A DNA stretch of 64,000 nucleotides from Eledone cirrhosa (Eukaryota). Below are positions 24,404 through 38,705 of this stretch, in pieces; the stretch's first letter is position 1, and every line of letters begins with the position of its first letter. A program made the position numbers and the translations under genes. The DNA is taken from assembly GCA_964016885.1 (NCBI GenBank), contig OZ024740.1, positions 291,028,001-291,092,000 of the forward strand. Direction: 5' to 3'. The notes under the pieces were generated by a model. The model searched no databases. It saw nothing but the letters and a program-made list of their open reading frames with translations, and was not told where the DNA came from.

Positions 24404-24712
24404 ATGGTGCTGACATGCAGTGTCTGTGCGAGACTCTGCCTAAGTAAAGCTGGACTCGAAAGTCATCTTCGCAGTCATAAAGTAAGACCAGTGGTTGAGT
24501 ACCAGGCTGCTGTTGGAGATGCTACTCATCATGCTTGCCAAACATGTGGTAGAGAATGTAAATCAGCAGGAGGGCTCAAGCGACATGCAAAAGTACATGA
24601 ACTCCAACCACAGCCGACTATTCCCAGTGAATGTTTTGGTTGCCGACTCTGTGCAAGACATTTTAGATTATTGGCTGGGCTAAAAAGCCACATTCGATCG
24701 CAGCGCTGTTAG
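24404..24712 (+). CDS. C-terminal triple C2H2 zinc-finger segment of the BovB-like ORF
   Basis: CSVC..H..H, CQTC..H..H, CRLC..HIRS motifs. Confidence 0.75.
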   Translation: MVLTCSVCARLCLSKAGLESHLRSHKVRPVVEYQAAVGDATHHACQTCGRECKSAGGLKRHAKVHELQPQPTIPSECFGCRLCARHFRLLAGLKSHIRSQRC

Positions 24713-24869
24713 TTGCTATCGTGTGTGTGTGTGTGTGTATAGATATGTTTATGTGTGTGCGCGTGTGTGTATATATATATGTATATGTATATTATTATTG
24801 TTGTTGTCATTATTATTATTGTTGTTATTATTATTATTATTGTTATTAATGTATATGTGTGTGTGTGTA

Positions 24870-24932
<63 letters not shown>

Positions 24933-25018
24933 TATAACAGATTAAAGTTTAAGCAAAGAATCGCTGCTTTCACCCTATCGAGCCCTCTTTGGATTTTAGT
25001 CTTCAATTTTATTATTAT

Positions 25019-25086
<68 letters not shown>

Positions 25087-25146
25087 TTTCTTTCTTTCTT
25101 TTTTTTTTCTCCTCGTGCAATGGCCATACTCGATAACGAGGGGGTA

Positions 25147-25152
<6 letters not shown>

Positions 25153-25202
<50 letters not shown>

Positions 25203-25251
25203 GTGTATATATATATATGTATATATATATATGTGTATATATATATATATA

Positions 25252-25308
<57 letters not shown>

Positions 25309-25401
25309 GTGTGTATATATATATATATATATGTGTGTGTATATATATATATATATATGTGTGTATATATATATATATATATGTGTGTATATATATATAT
25401 A

Positions 25402-25458
<57 letters not shown>

Positions 25459-25469
25459 GTGTATATATA

Positions 25470-25500
<31 letters not shown>

Positions 25501-25593
25501 GTGTATATATATATATGTGTATATATATATATATGTGTATATATATATATATATATGTGTATATATATATATATATGTGTATATATATATATA

Positions 25594-25626
<33 letters not shown>

Positions 25627-25643
25627 GTGTGTATATATATATA

Positions 25644-25690
<47 letters not shown>

Positions 25691-25787
25691 GTATATATAT
25701 ATATATATCTGTATATATATATATATATCTGTATATATATATATATATCTGTATATATATATATATATCTGTATATATATATATATA

Positions 25788-25862
<75 letters not shown>

Positions 25863-25935
25863 GTGTATATATATATATATGTGTATATATATATATATGT
25901 GTATATATATATATATATATGTGTATATATATATA

Positions 25936-26022
<87 letters not shown>

Positions 26023-26065
26023 GTGTATATATATATATATATATGTGTATATATATATATATATC
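25153..26065. repeat. (TA)n array with TGTG and TCTG variants
   Basis: Seen directly. Confidence 0.95.
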
Positions 26066-26443
26066 CACACCACCCCGTTCTATGTAAAGTTATGTTGGTG
26101 CCGCGCCATCCAGGCCGAAACAAATGAGATCGTGTAGGTGTCACGACAAAAAAACACACAGTCCACGCTGTAATGTGGCCGTGTAGGCAACACGGTAAAA
26201 ACCTCCCAGACCCACACTGTAAATGTGGTTGGTGTTAGGAAGGGCATCCAACTGTAGAAAACCTGCCAGACAGTCCTATGCGAGCAAGACAATCACTCTT
26301 GCCTCAAGTGGGACTACCCCCGTCCAAACCCATGCAAGCGTGGAACACGGACGTTAAACGTTGATGATGATGATGATGATGATGATATATGTGTATATAT
26401 ATATATATATATATGTGTATATATATATATATATATATGTGTG

Positions 26444-26476
<33 letters not shown>

Positions 26477-26491
26477 GTATATATATATATG

Positions 26492-26581
<90 letters not shown>

Positions 26582-26630
26582 TATGTGTATATATATATAT
26601 ATATGTGTGTATATATATATATATATATAA

Positions 26631-26704
<74 letters not shown>

Positions 26705-26743
26705 ATATATATATATATATGTGTATATATATATATATGTGTG

Positions 26744-26776
<33 letters not shown>

Positions 26777-26824
26777 GTATATATATGTGTATATATATAT
26801 ATATATATATGTGTATATATATAT

Positions 26825-26858
<34 letters not shown>

Positions 26859-26958
26859 ATGTATATATATATGTATATATATATGTATATATATACCCCC
26901 GTCCAAACCCATGCAAGCGTGGAACACGGACGTTAAACGTTGATGATGATGATGATGA
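26066..26958 (+). mobile_element. RTE family A 3' UTR fragment (26066-26385) and a duplicated tail (26895-26958) separated by (TA)n
   Basis: ccccgtccaaacccatgcaagcgtggaacacggacgttaaacgttgatgat occurs twice. Confidence 0.85.
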
Positions 26959-27039
26959 TATATATTAATATATATTAATATATATTAATATGTATATATA
27001 TACGTATGTATATGTATATATATATTATTATATATATAT

Positions 27040-27433
27040 GGAGGCACATGGCTTAGTGGTTAGAGCATTGGCCTTGCAATCGAAAGGTTGTGAGTTCAAT
27101 TCTCAGACCGGGTGATGTGTTGTTTCCTTGAGCAAGACACTTTATTTCACATTGCTCCAGTTTACTCAGCTGTAGAAATGAGATGATAGGACTCCAGTCC
27201 TATCATCCAACGTTTGCAGTGAAATGATGATAGGACTCCAGTCCTATCATCATTTCACTGCAAACGTTGTCGTGGAGGTGCCACGGAAAAAAAGCACCCA
27301 GCACTCACTGTAAATGAGGTTGGTGTTAGGAAGGGCATCCAGCTGTAGAAATCAAGCCAGAATCAGTTCCCGTCCCACCCTTGCAAGCATGGAAAAGCGG
27401 ACGTAAAATGATGATGATGATGATGATGATGAT
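27040..27433 (+). mobile_element. tRNA-derived SINE family 2 with RTE-type tail
   Basis: A box tggcttagtggttaga, B box gagttcaattc, ccttgagcaagacactt domain, gttaggaagggcatccagctgtagaaa, RTE tail + (GAT)n. Confidence 0.8.
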
Positions 27434-28391
27434 GTATATATATACATATTATACATATATATTAATATGTATATATATACATATATATATACATATATAT
27501 ACATATATATACACATATATATACATATATATACACATATACATATATATACACATACATATATATATATATACATATATATACATATATATTTTTATTT
27601 ATTTATTTATATACATATATATATATATATACATATATATATAATAATATATATATACATATACATACGTATATATATATATATTAATATGTATATATAT
27701 GTATATATATATGTATATATATATTATTATATATATATGTATATATATATGTATGTATATATATATATGTATATAAATAAATAAATAAAAATATACATGT
27801 ATATATATATATATGTATGTGTATATATATGTATATATATATATATGTATGTGTATATATATGTATATATATATATGTATGTGTATATATATGTATGTAT
27901 GTGTATATATATGTATATATATGTATATATATGTACATGTATATATGTATGTATATGTATATATGTATATATATGTATATATATGTATATGTATATATAT
28001 GTATGTATATGTATATATATGTATATATATGTATATATATGTATATATATGTATATGTATATATATGTATATGTATATATATGTATATGTATATATATGT
28101 ATATGTATATATATGTATATATATATATATGTATGTATATGTATATATATGTATATATATATATATGTATGTATATGTATATATATGTATATGTATGTAT
28201 ATGTATATATATGTATATATATATATATGTATATATATGTATATGTATATATGTATATGTATATATATGTATATATATATATATATGTATATATATATGT
28301 ATGTGTATATATATGTATATATATATGTATATGTATATATATGTATATATATATGTATATATATATGTATATATATATATGTATATATATG

Positions 28392-28431
<40 letters not shown>

Positions 28432-28715
28432 TATGTATGTATATATATATGTATATATATATGTATATATATATATATATGTATATATATATGTATATAT
28501 ATATGTATATATATATGTATATATATATATATATGTATATATATATGTATATATATATGTTTATATATATGTATATATATATGTGTATATATATATATGT
28601 ATATATATATATGTATATATATATATGTGTATATATATATGTATATATATATATATGTGTATATATATATGTATATATATATATATGTGTATATATATAT
28701 ATATGTATATGTATA

Positions 28716-28756
<41 letters not shown>
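27434..28756. repeat. (TA)n/(TATG)n microsatellite
   Basis: Seen directly. Confidence 0.95.
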
Positions 28757-29840
28757 CATCATGATCATCATAATCATCAACGTTTAACGTCCGTGTTCCA
28801 CGCTTGCATGGCTTTGGACGGGGGTTCTCCCACTTGAGGCAAGAGTGGTTGTCTTGCTCGCATAGGACTGTCTGGCGGGTTTTCTACAACTGGATGCCCT
28901 TCCTAACACCAACCACATTTACAGTGTGGGGCTGGGAGGTTTTTACTGTGTTGCCTACACGGCCACATTACAGCGTGGACTGTCTGGCAGGTTTTCTACA
29001 GCTGGATGCCCTTCCTAACACCAACCACATTTACAGTGTGGGACTGGGAGGTTTTTACCGTGTTGCCTACACGGTCACATTACAGCGTGGACTGTGTGTT
29101 TTTTTGTCGTGACACCTACACGATCTGCCTACTCCGTAGCTACCGTCTATCTTTATTGCCCTGCACTTTGTTATACAGCTGTCGTCTTTCATGCGCATCA
29201 CGTGACCATACCAACCTTCTCTCGAGTAAACATCTGATCCCTCTTATTTCTAATTTTTTCCTTAGTTTGTTTATGCTTTGCCGTTCACGTATAATACTAT
29301 TACACATCCAGCGGAGCATGCAAGCTTCGTTCCTCTCTAGTCTGCGTATATCCTCTGCACACAATGCCCAGGTCTCACTGCCATGCAACATTGCTGTTCG
29401 TATGCAGGCATCATAGAACCTGCCTTTCATTTTTAGGGAGAACCCTTTAGCGGCTAATAGTGGTATAAGCTCTCTGAACTTTTTCCATCCAGTTCTGACT
29501 CTAGCTACTGTACTTTCAGAGCACCCTCCCCCACTGCTGATTTTGTCACCCAGGTAACGGAAGCTGTCCACTATTTCTATAGAGCCCTCTGCGCAGTTGA
29601 AAGAGCTAGTATTAGTGGGCACTTACTGCTACTTATTGCACCAGAGCACCGGCCACATGTAAAATCTATGTTCTTAGTTAGCTTACCTGTGATCCCACTA
29701 CATCTTTTATGCACCCATACTTTGCATTTGGGACACAAAATGGAGTTTCTACCTACGCCTTTCCTACACACTGAGCATGGCCATTTCCCGGAAGGGACCG
29801 GCGCCTTATTTTCTTTCCTACAAACTAGAACTTTAGTCTT
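28757..29840 (-). mobile_element. RTE family A, 5'-truncated, internal deletion
   Basis: KTKVLVCRKENKAPVPSGKWPCSVC...; tail at 28757. Confidence 0.9.
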
Positions 29841-29915
29841 ATATACATATATATATATAGATATAATTGTATATATATATATATATAATTGTATATATAT
29901 ATATACAATTGTATA

Positions 29916-30717
29916 AATTCTATAAAATGCACACAATGCAGATCCTGGGTACACAAGAGATGTAGCAGGATAGCAGGCAAACTAACAGGTAGGGAGAAAT
30001 ATGTATGCAGTAGATGTACAGGGAAATTAGACAGTAGAAGTCGCACTGATAGACACATTTTTCAAATGCAAGAGGGCGTTATAGAAGTGGTGGATAGCTT
30101 CCGGTACCTAGGAGATCAGATTAGCATGGGAGGAGGGTGTTCCGAGGCCATAGTATCTAGAATAAGGACGGGTTGGAAGAAGTTCAGGGAGCTGCTTCCT
30201 CTGTTGACGAAGAAGGGTTTCTCCCTGCGTACGAAAGGCTGGTTGTATGATGCCTGTGTGAGGAGCGCGATGCTGCATGGTATCGAGATGTGGGCAGCAA
30301 CTGCAGAGGATATGCGACGGCTGGAGAGAAATAAGGCAAGCATGCTCCGTTGGATGTGCAGTGTAAATGTGCGTGAACGACCCAGCATAAATGTGTTGAG
30401 AGAGAAACTGTGTCTGAGAGGGATAGAATGTAGTGTACGGGAGAGGAGACTGAGGTGGTATGGACATGTGATGCGCATGGAGGATGACCGATGGGTGAAG
30501 AAGTGCCAGGAAATGCCAGTTGAAGGAAGACGTGGTAGAGGTGGACCACGAAAAACATGGGCGGAGGTGGTGAGAACAGACCTCAGATCATTGAAGCTCA
30601 CGGTGGAGATGACGAGGGACCGTGACGAGTGGAGAGATGCTGTGCTGAATAAGACCCGTCCCACCCTTGCAAGCAGGGAAAAGTGGACGTAAAATGATGA
30701 TGATGATGATGATGATG
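29916..30717 (+). mobile_element. RTE family B 3' fragment
   Basis: NSIKCTQCRSWVHKRC...FRYLGD...RLRWYGHVMR...KTRPTLASREKWT followed by (GAT)n. Confidence 0.88.
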
Positions 30718-31162
30718 TATGTATATATATATATATATATATAATTGTATATATATATATATATATATATATAATTGTATATATATATATACACAATTAT
30801 ATATATATATACACAATTATATATATATATAATTGTATATATATATAATTGTATATGTGGTTAGAAAAAGCTATCTCACTTACCGCATTTCATAGGCGCC
30901 GCTAAATCCCATGGCTGGTTTCTCCTCTTCCACGTGTGTATGATCCAACTCATTAACACCGGGAGCTGCCAAACTCATGTCACCACGTTCCTGATCACCG
31001 CTAGAGAGAGGCAGACCTGCTGGCCCTTCCGGTCAAGCACCCTTCCGGCCAAGCACTCTTCCGGTCGAGCACCCTTCCGGCCAAGCACTCTTCCGGTCGA
31101 GCACTCCCCATCTTCTGGCCACCGCACAGCACACAATACCCCCCCCCCACTGATCTCAAGGA

Positions 31163-32334
31163 TCAATTTCCCCCTCGTCCTTCTGCATATGAAAGTCTGC
31201 GGTCCAGGTTGGTGGTTTGCGACCACTTTGTTGGGGCGGCCCTTTGGGTTTCCTCTTCCTCGGAGTCCGTTGATACAGTGATTCTACGGACATCCTGGAC
31301 ATGACGTGGTACTCTGTCCACGGACACATTGCTCTGGTAATTTACGGCCGTCACCGTTCCCCTTCCCCATTGAGATGTGCAACGTGCATCTGGGGGCTTA
31401 ACCCAGACTTCTTCGCCCACCTGCACGAATGCACTCTCTCTCCCCACTGGCCGTTGTGGTGGCGTGCACGGGTGCCGCCACTCGTATCTGAATACTGTTC
31501 TGTGTGGCACTGATTCTTCAACCTGTCCCACCCGAGGGGATATGTTGTACCAGAACACTGCCTCCATTGGTGAGATATGAACCCGCTCCGCCATTGCCTT
31601 GATCGTCCGGTGGTGTCGCTCTACAATTCCATTCCGCTCGGCCTGTACGCTGCTCTGAAGAAACGGTCCACCTTCCATCCATCGAGCATCTTCCTCAGCG
31701 CCTCCGAGCGGAACGCTGCGCTTTTGTGCATCAGCAGTTTGTCCACAGGGCCCCGCTCCAAGAACACCTCTCTCAACGTCCGCATGATTTCCTCGGCCGT
31801 TCCAGTCTTCATCTCCCTCCATATCGCCATCCGTCTCGGTCCACAGTAGACCATCGAGAGGTACGTTCCCTGTCGGTAGTGCGTTACATCCACCGCCAAT
31901 CACTTTCAGTCGCGATCCACCGGGAGGCTTCCCATTTCGTGCACACCCGGGGCGGGATCAATGGACTGACATCGGACGCAGCCTCTAACCACCCTTTGAA
32001 CACTGTGTCTGTTAACGTCCGAGTCGATTCTCCTGGCTAGGAACAGAGTCCTATCCACTCTCATGTGGTGCATGTCATGCAACCCTTTCAGATCCGACTC
32101 GGTCAGCCCACACATGGCAGCTATCTCCTCTTCTACCTCCTCCGGTGCTTCCATCCAGGCTTTCTTCACCCTGGGTAAGACGCCCGCCCTATTTTTCTCT
32201 GAGGGCACGAAGACTACGATCAGCCTCAGGTCGAACTCGGTGGCCAGCCCTCCTAAAGTTCCCAGGTGGCGCTTTATCAGCTCCGCCGCCCCTCTCGTTC
32301 GCACTCTCTTCTCACTGGTGATCACTGATCTCAC
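31163..32334 (-). pseudogene. Gypsy integrase (HHCC + DDE fragments)
   Basis: HDMHHMRVDRT...CVRCQSIDP; AVDVTHY; NGIVERHHRTIK. Confidence 0.8.
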
Positions 32335-33236
32335 TCATTCAAGTACAGTAGCCGAGTTGGTGCGAGGTTCACGCCTCTCAACACCGCGTCCAGTTCGGCC
32401 ATATTGATGTGGTTGCAGTCGTCCTTCTTCCTAAGCCAGGCTGCATCCTCGACCTCAACACCGCCTATCTCCAACGTGACACCCAGCGCTATGCTGCTGG
32501 CATCGCACCATACGGTCCCACTCTGCGATTTGGGAACATACCAGCGTCCCCGCACTGGGTCGTCGGCCTTCACCCGATCTGCATCATGGCCACCATCCTC
32601 TCTCCCACTCTGTCACTCCATGTCACCCCTCCTGCTCGTCTCTTGACATAGCTGCATGCCGTCCAGAGCCACCCAGCAATCGGGTAGTGACCCACCAACT
32701 TTCCACACACCGAGAAAAGCTCCCGCCTACTCATACTTGGGCCCAGTTCTGGAGTTCATTTCCCGTCTGGAATACTAAGACGCCCGTCCTGTCTCACCAT
32801 AGCCTAAGTCCCAGTGCGGCTCCTCCCTCCAACGCTTCTGACGGCTTCACAGCCAGTCCATACCCCTGTAAATGGCTCGTCCACTAGGATGTCGTCAATG
32901 TAGGAATTAGTGGCCCTCTTCATCTCGTTGGCCTTTCCCATGAGGACCGCCGCCATGATCTTTGGTGCGGAGCTCAGCCCGAAACCGAGCCTGGTCAGGC
33001 AATATGTCCGGCCCTTATATCTGACCAGCTTATACTGCCAGAGCTTCTCATATATATGCAATTGCAAGTATGCCGACTTTAGATCTACGATTGCGGAACC
33101 CCCCGCAGACATCCGTGACCTCGCCACCCGTGTAGCATGACACGTGCTCGTTCAGCTCCCGAAAGTCCAGTACTGGCCTTACCTTGTTCTTCGTGGGTTG
33201 CGCCACCACCATTAACGGCAATACTCCGCACTTCAC
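32331..33236 (-). pseudogene. Gypsy RT and RNase H fragments
   Basis: KVRPVLDFRELN; DLKSAYLQ; LGFGLSSAP; YIDDILV; WCDASS; HINMAELDAV. Confidence 0.85.
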
Positions 33237-33272
33237 CTCCTCTTTCCAGGGAAGCAGTATGCCCTCCTCAAT

Positions 33273-33818
33273 TCATCTCTCTACCTCTTGCTCGAACTCG
33301 CTCCTAATATCTCCCTTCAATGTGTGTTGATAGCAGCCCACTTTGGTCTTCAGTGTTGGTGGTTCTCCCTTCCAGTACCACTCAACAACCCATCGCTGCC
33401 CATCGAACACGGCCTTGAAGTCTTTGTCCTGCACAGTGTAAGCGGGGTATTTCTCCTCGTGGGCCTTCTGGTTCTCCTGTCGCGTACTCACAGCGCATAC
33501 CGATGCGGCGCGGCCAAATGACACACCGACGTTGTTCACTGTGACGCCTCCTAGATGGCCAATTGCGTCCATGCCCATAACCACGCCGATCCCATCCACC
33601 ATGTTGTCGACTACGATGGCAGAAAGCCTTATTTTCCTTCCCCGTACCGCCATCTCCACCTCGCTGCGGCCTTGGCATTCAATTTTCCTGCCGTCGACTG
33701 CCCTTATGCTGCTCTTCCCTCTCCACCTCTGCGCCATCCCCACGGTCACCAGTGTCGTAATACAACCCATGTCCACGAGGGCTCGCTGTGGCTTTCCCCT
33801 CATGAAAACTTCCACCAC
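33273..33818 (-). pseudogene. Gypsy aspartic protease (degenerate ALVDMGC)
   Basis: ALVD(M)GC active-site-like motif and VVMGMDAI. Confidence 0.75.
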
Positions 33819-33829
33819 GGGCAGTGCCT

Positions 33830-34579
33830 CTACTCGTAAGGGGCAACTACCGGCACAGTAGTTCCCCTTGGATCGTTTCCCTGGTCGCAGTTAGTAGCGA
33901 TGTGGCCTGGTCGCTTACACCGGTAGCATATTATTTCCGGCCTTGACTCTCTACAGTCTCTCGCCATGTGCGGGCCCTGGCACCTAAAACAGCGACCTCT
34001 AAACGTTCGTGGGCGACCGCGTGCCGTGGTTGCCTCCCTTTCACCATTTTGCTGCCAGCTGTCTTGGGCCTCTGTAGTTGCCATCGCCGCGACACTCTTC
34101 TTGGCATCTTCTGCTATGATGCGGGCTTGCTCCACCAGTGCACGCATCTCCATTTCTTTGTAACCCGGGACTTGCTGTAGTTTCACCGCTATGTTGTCTG
34201 GAAATCCATTTATGAGCGCCAACCGCACCGTGCGTTCGCATTCCGCCTGATATCCAGCCAACATAGCCAGTTACCGTATTTCCGCTGCGAAAATGTCAAC
34301 GCGTTCACCGTTCCATCTAATTCTTGCCAGCTTAGCAAAAGCGGCTAACGGTCCCTCCGCGAACGCTTCCATCATGCGCCTCTCGATCTTTTGCACATCC
34401 CTTTGGCTGTGTTCATCCATTTCAAGGAAGTACCGATGCGTCCCCCTCGAGGTACAGTGCCATGAGGCCAGCCACATCTTCAATCTTCTGTAAGCTTGCG
34501 ACCAGCCAGACTTTTCGCAGCCAAGCAACAACATCGCCCTCACCGGCAAATGCCTTAATCGCTTCGCTTGTCTCATCAC
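33830..34579 (-). pseudogene. Gypsy gag with two CCHC zinc knuckles
   Basis: CFRCQGPHMARDC and CYRCKRPGHIATNC. Confidence 0.8.
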
Positions 34580-35054
34580 TATCCTAATTTGTCTTGCGGT
34601 ACGTAATAAAAAAAAAACAGGCTCCTCTCTGTTTTTCCAGTAGCTTTGTTTTCGAGAAAGTTTTTTTTAATTTTTTTTTTTTTATCAGATCTCAGTTTCC
34701 AGTGCCGAAATAGTTTGTGGTTAGAAAAAGCTATCTCACTTGCAGCTTTTCATAGGCGCTGCTAAATCCCATGGCTGGTTTCTCCTCTTCCACGTGTGTA
34801 CGATCCAACTCATCAACACCGGGAGCTGCCAAACTCGCATCACCACGTTCCTGATCACCGCTAGAGAGAGGCCGACCTGCTGGCCCTTCTGGTCGAGCAC
34901 CCTTCCGATCAAGCACTCTTCCGGTCGAGCACTCCCCAGCTTCCGGCCACCGCACACCACACCATACCCACAGTATATATATATAATTGTATATATATAT
35001 ATATACACAATTATATATATATATATAATTGTATATATATATAATTGTATATAT

Positions 35055-37327
35055 CATCATCATCATCATCATCGTCCATCTTCCACGCTTGCATGGGTTT
35101 CGACGGGAGTTTTCCCACTTGAGGCAATATTGGTTGTCCTCGTATATAGGACTGTCTGGCAGGTTTTCTACGGCTGGATGCCCTTCCTAACACCAACCAC
35201 GTTTACAGTGAGGACTGGGAGGTTTTTACCGTGTTACCTATACGGCCACATTACAGCGGGACTGTGTGTTTTTTTGTCTTGACACCTACACAACCTCATT
35301 TGTTTCGGCCTGGATGTTGTGGCACCAACGTAACTTTACATTGAAGGGGGTGGTGTGGATGGGGTGAGAGTAGTGGGACAGGGGCGTATTTTTGTTAGAG
35401 ATGCCTTCTGACTGTAGTTTTCGCTTTGTACTTAGGCAAGGCGGGTCTTCTGTATTACTGTGTAGCGCCAAAGATCTCGGTCTTAGTGACATTGTCTTGG
35501 AGAGGTGTAAGTGTGTGAGGTCGGAATTTATCAAGTCGTCCCAGGTTTTTCTGGGTCTGCCTACTCCGTGGCTACCGTCTATTTTAATCACCCTGCACTT
35601 TTTTATACAGCTGTCGTCTTTCATGCTCATCACGTGACCGTACCAACGTAGTCTTCTCTTGAGTAAACAACATCTGATCCCTCTTATTCCTAATTTCTCC
35701 CTTAGTTCGTTTATGCTTTGCCGTTCACGTATATTACTATTACACATCCAGCGGAGCATGCAAGCGTCGTTCCATTCCAGTCTGCGTATATCCTCTGCAC
35801 ACAATGCCCAGGTCTCACTGCCATGTAACATTGCTGTTCGTATGCAGGCATCATACAGCCTGCCTTTCGTTTTTAGGGAGAACCCTTTAGCGGCCAATAG
35901 TGGTATAAGCTCTCTGAACTTTTTCCATCCCGTTCTGACTCTAGCTACTGTACTTTCACTGCTGATTTTGTCACCCAGGTAACGGAAGGTGTCCACTATT
36001 TCTATAGAACCATCTGAGCAATGGAATCAGCTAGTATTCTGTGGGCACTTGCTGCTACTTATTGCACCAGAGCACCGGCCACATATAAAATCTATATTCT
36101 TAGTTAGCTTACCTGTGATCCCACTACATCTTTTATGCACCCATACTTTGCATTTGGGACATAAAATGGAGTTTCTGCCTACTCCTTTCCTACACACTGA
36201 GCATGGCCATTTCCCAGATGGGACCGGTGCCCTATTTTCTTCCTACAAACTAGAACTTTAGTCTTAGACAAGTTAACTTTAAGGACTTTTGATTCTAGGC
36301 CATGCTTCCATGTTTGGAATTTCTTCTCTAGTTCGGCCATTGATTCAGCTATGAGCGTTAGATCATCTGCATATAGGAGTTCCCATGGGCAGCCGGTCTT
36401 GAACTCCTCTGTTATAGCCTGAAGGGCAATAATAAATAGTAGGGGGCTAAGAACGGAGCCCTGATGAACACCAACTTTTACGCTAAACTCTTCACTATAT
36501 TCGTTGTTAATTCTAACCTTGCTGACTGTTTCTTTATACATGGCTTGTATAGCTCTCACAAGCCATTCATCAACACCTAGTTTTCTAAGAGCCCACCAGA
36601 TAATGGAGTGGGGGACTCTGTCAAAGGCTTTCTCCAAGTCAACAAAAGCTAAGTATAGGGGTTTACTTTTAGCTAGGTACTTCTCCTGTAGTTGTCGTAC
36701 AATGAAAAGAGCGTCTGTGGTACTTTTACCTGACACAAACCCGAACTGCATTTCATCTAGATCAATTCGTTCTCTGATTAGTTGCGCTATTACTTTTTCT
36801 CTGACCTTCATGACCTGGTCGATTAATTTAATGCCTCTATAGTTACCCCTATCTAGGGCATCTCCTTTACCCTTGTAGCAGTTAATGAGGATGCTGCTAT
36901 GCCAGTCCTTCGGAATGGCCCCATTCTGTATGACTTGGTTTACTATCCGGGTGACCATAGTGTGTACCACCGTTCCAGATGCTTTCAGCATTTCGGCAAC
37001 TATTTCCGAAGGCCCAGCCGCCTTACCCGTCTTCATATCTTTGATTGCCTTACTTATTATACTACCTTCAACTAGCACTGCTGGTCCCTCTATTGGATCG
37101 ATGTGGGGGAGACTGTCTTTTTCCCATTTATTCTCCTCATTTAGTAGCCTTTCGTAGTGACACTTCCAAGCTACCTTCTTATCAGCGTCAGTGATGGCAA
37201 GTACACCATCATCATTAAGGACACACTTCTCCCCGACAATATCACGGTTTTCCTTGACACATTGCCTAGCAATCCTGAACACCTCACGTTTTTGGTCCTC
37301 GCGTTGTAGAACATGCTTGAACTTTCT
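35055..37327 (-). mobile_element. RTE family A, 5'-truncated
   Basis: RT ORF 36179-37327 with YADD; C-terminal ORF 35286-35996; (CAT)n tail. Confidence 0.92.
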
Positions 37328-37514
37328 TATATAATTGTAACGAAGGAAATGTGGTATGGAACCAGATGGACCATAACGCACCAAAGTACTCAATACTTAG
37401 TGTAGTAGAGTGGGTAATAGGAACAAGTAGGACCCCAGATGGCTGAGCTCAAGCCGTTTTGAATTAGCCATCGAAACGGCTTGAGCTCAGCCGTCGGGGT
37501 CCTACTTGTTCCTA
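37328..37514. mobile_element. Short fold-back element (related to 40630-40797) with a half hammerhead
   Basis: Inverted repeat ataggaacaagtaggacccc...ggggtcctacttgttcctat; GAAAcggct..agccgTC motif. Confidence 0.65.
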
Positions 37515-37518
37515 TATA

Positions 37519-37559
<41 letters not shown>

Positions 37560-37843
37560 GTATATATATATATATATAATTGTATATATATATATATATA
37601 ATTGTATATATATATATATATAATTGTATATATATATATATATAATTGTATATATATATATATATATAATTGTATATATATATATATATATATACACAAT
37701 TATATATATATATATACACAATTATATATATATATATATATTCACAATTATATATATATATACACAATTATATATATATATATATATATACACAATTATA
37801 TATATATATATACACAATTATATATATATATATATATATTCAC

Positions 37844-37878
<35 letters not shown>

Positions 37879-38128
37879 ATTATATATATATATATATATA
37901 TTCACAATTATATATATATATTCACAATTATATATATATATTCACAATTATATATATATATACACAATTATATATATATATATATATATACACAATTATA
38001 TATATATATATATATATACAGAATTATATATATATATATATACACAATTATATATATATATATATACAGAATTATATATATATATATATACACAATTATA
38101 TATATATATATATATATACAATTGTATA
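37515..38128. repeat. (TA)n array, TATAATTG units switching to CAATTATA
   Basis: Seen directly. Confidence 0.95.
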
Positions 38129-38705
38129 TCATCATCATCTTCGTTTAACGTCCATTTTCCACGCTAGCATGGGTTAGATGGGAGTTGTCTCACTTGAGGC
38201 AAGGTTGGTCGGGTGACCATGTCTCGCTCATATAGGACTATCTGGCAGGTTTTCTACGGCTGGATGCCCTCCCTAACACCAACCACATTTACAGTGTGGA
38301 ACAGGGAACTTTTTACCATGTTACCTACACGGCCACATTACAGCGTGGACTGTGTGTTTTTTCTCGTGACACCTACACGATCTCGATCTCATTTATCCCA
38401 TTTATTTGGACTGGATGTTGTGGACCAACTTTATAGAGAGAGGTTGGTGGGAGTGGGAGGATAGGGTAGGGGTAGTGGATTGGGCTCTATATTTGGTTAA
38501 GAGGCGCCTACTTACTAGGTTTCGCTTTGTACATAGGCAAGGCTGGTCTTCTGTATTACTGCGTAGCGCCAAAGATCTCGGTCCAGTGACATTGTCTTAG
38601 AGAGGTGCAAGTGTGTAAGGTCGGAATTTATCAGATCGTCCCAGGTTTTTCTGGGTTTACCTACTCCGTAACTACCATCAATTTTGATCGCCCTGCACTT
38701 TTTTT
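38128..38705 (-). mobile_element. RTE family A-related 3' fragment
   Basis: Tail, 3' UTR and ORF end homologous to other copies. Confidence 0.8.

Larger units (their letters stand above)
19985..25152 (+). mobile_element. BovB-like RTE LINE (family C), near full length, interrupted by a Tx1 fragment and microsatellites
   Basis: Probable 5' UTR 19985-20260; APE+RT ORF; C-terminal fragments 23729-24712 with three C2H2 fingers; detached 3' tail at 25110-25152. Outer boundaries are inferred. Confidence 0.8.
30856..34972 (-). mobile_element. Ty3/Gypsy LTR retrotransposon, full length but frameshifted
   Basis: LTRs 30856-~31142 and 34716-34972 (TG...CA); GTATA on both flanks; G-run PPT at about 31139-31150 on minus strand; domain order gag-PR-RT-RH-INT. 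Confidence 0.92.

Noticed and set aside
27040-27112. Functional tRNA gene
   Set aside because: It is a SINE head continuing into a SINE body; the acceptor stem is not intact.
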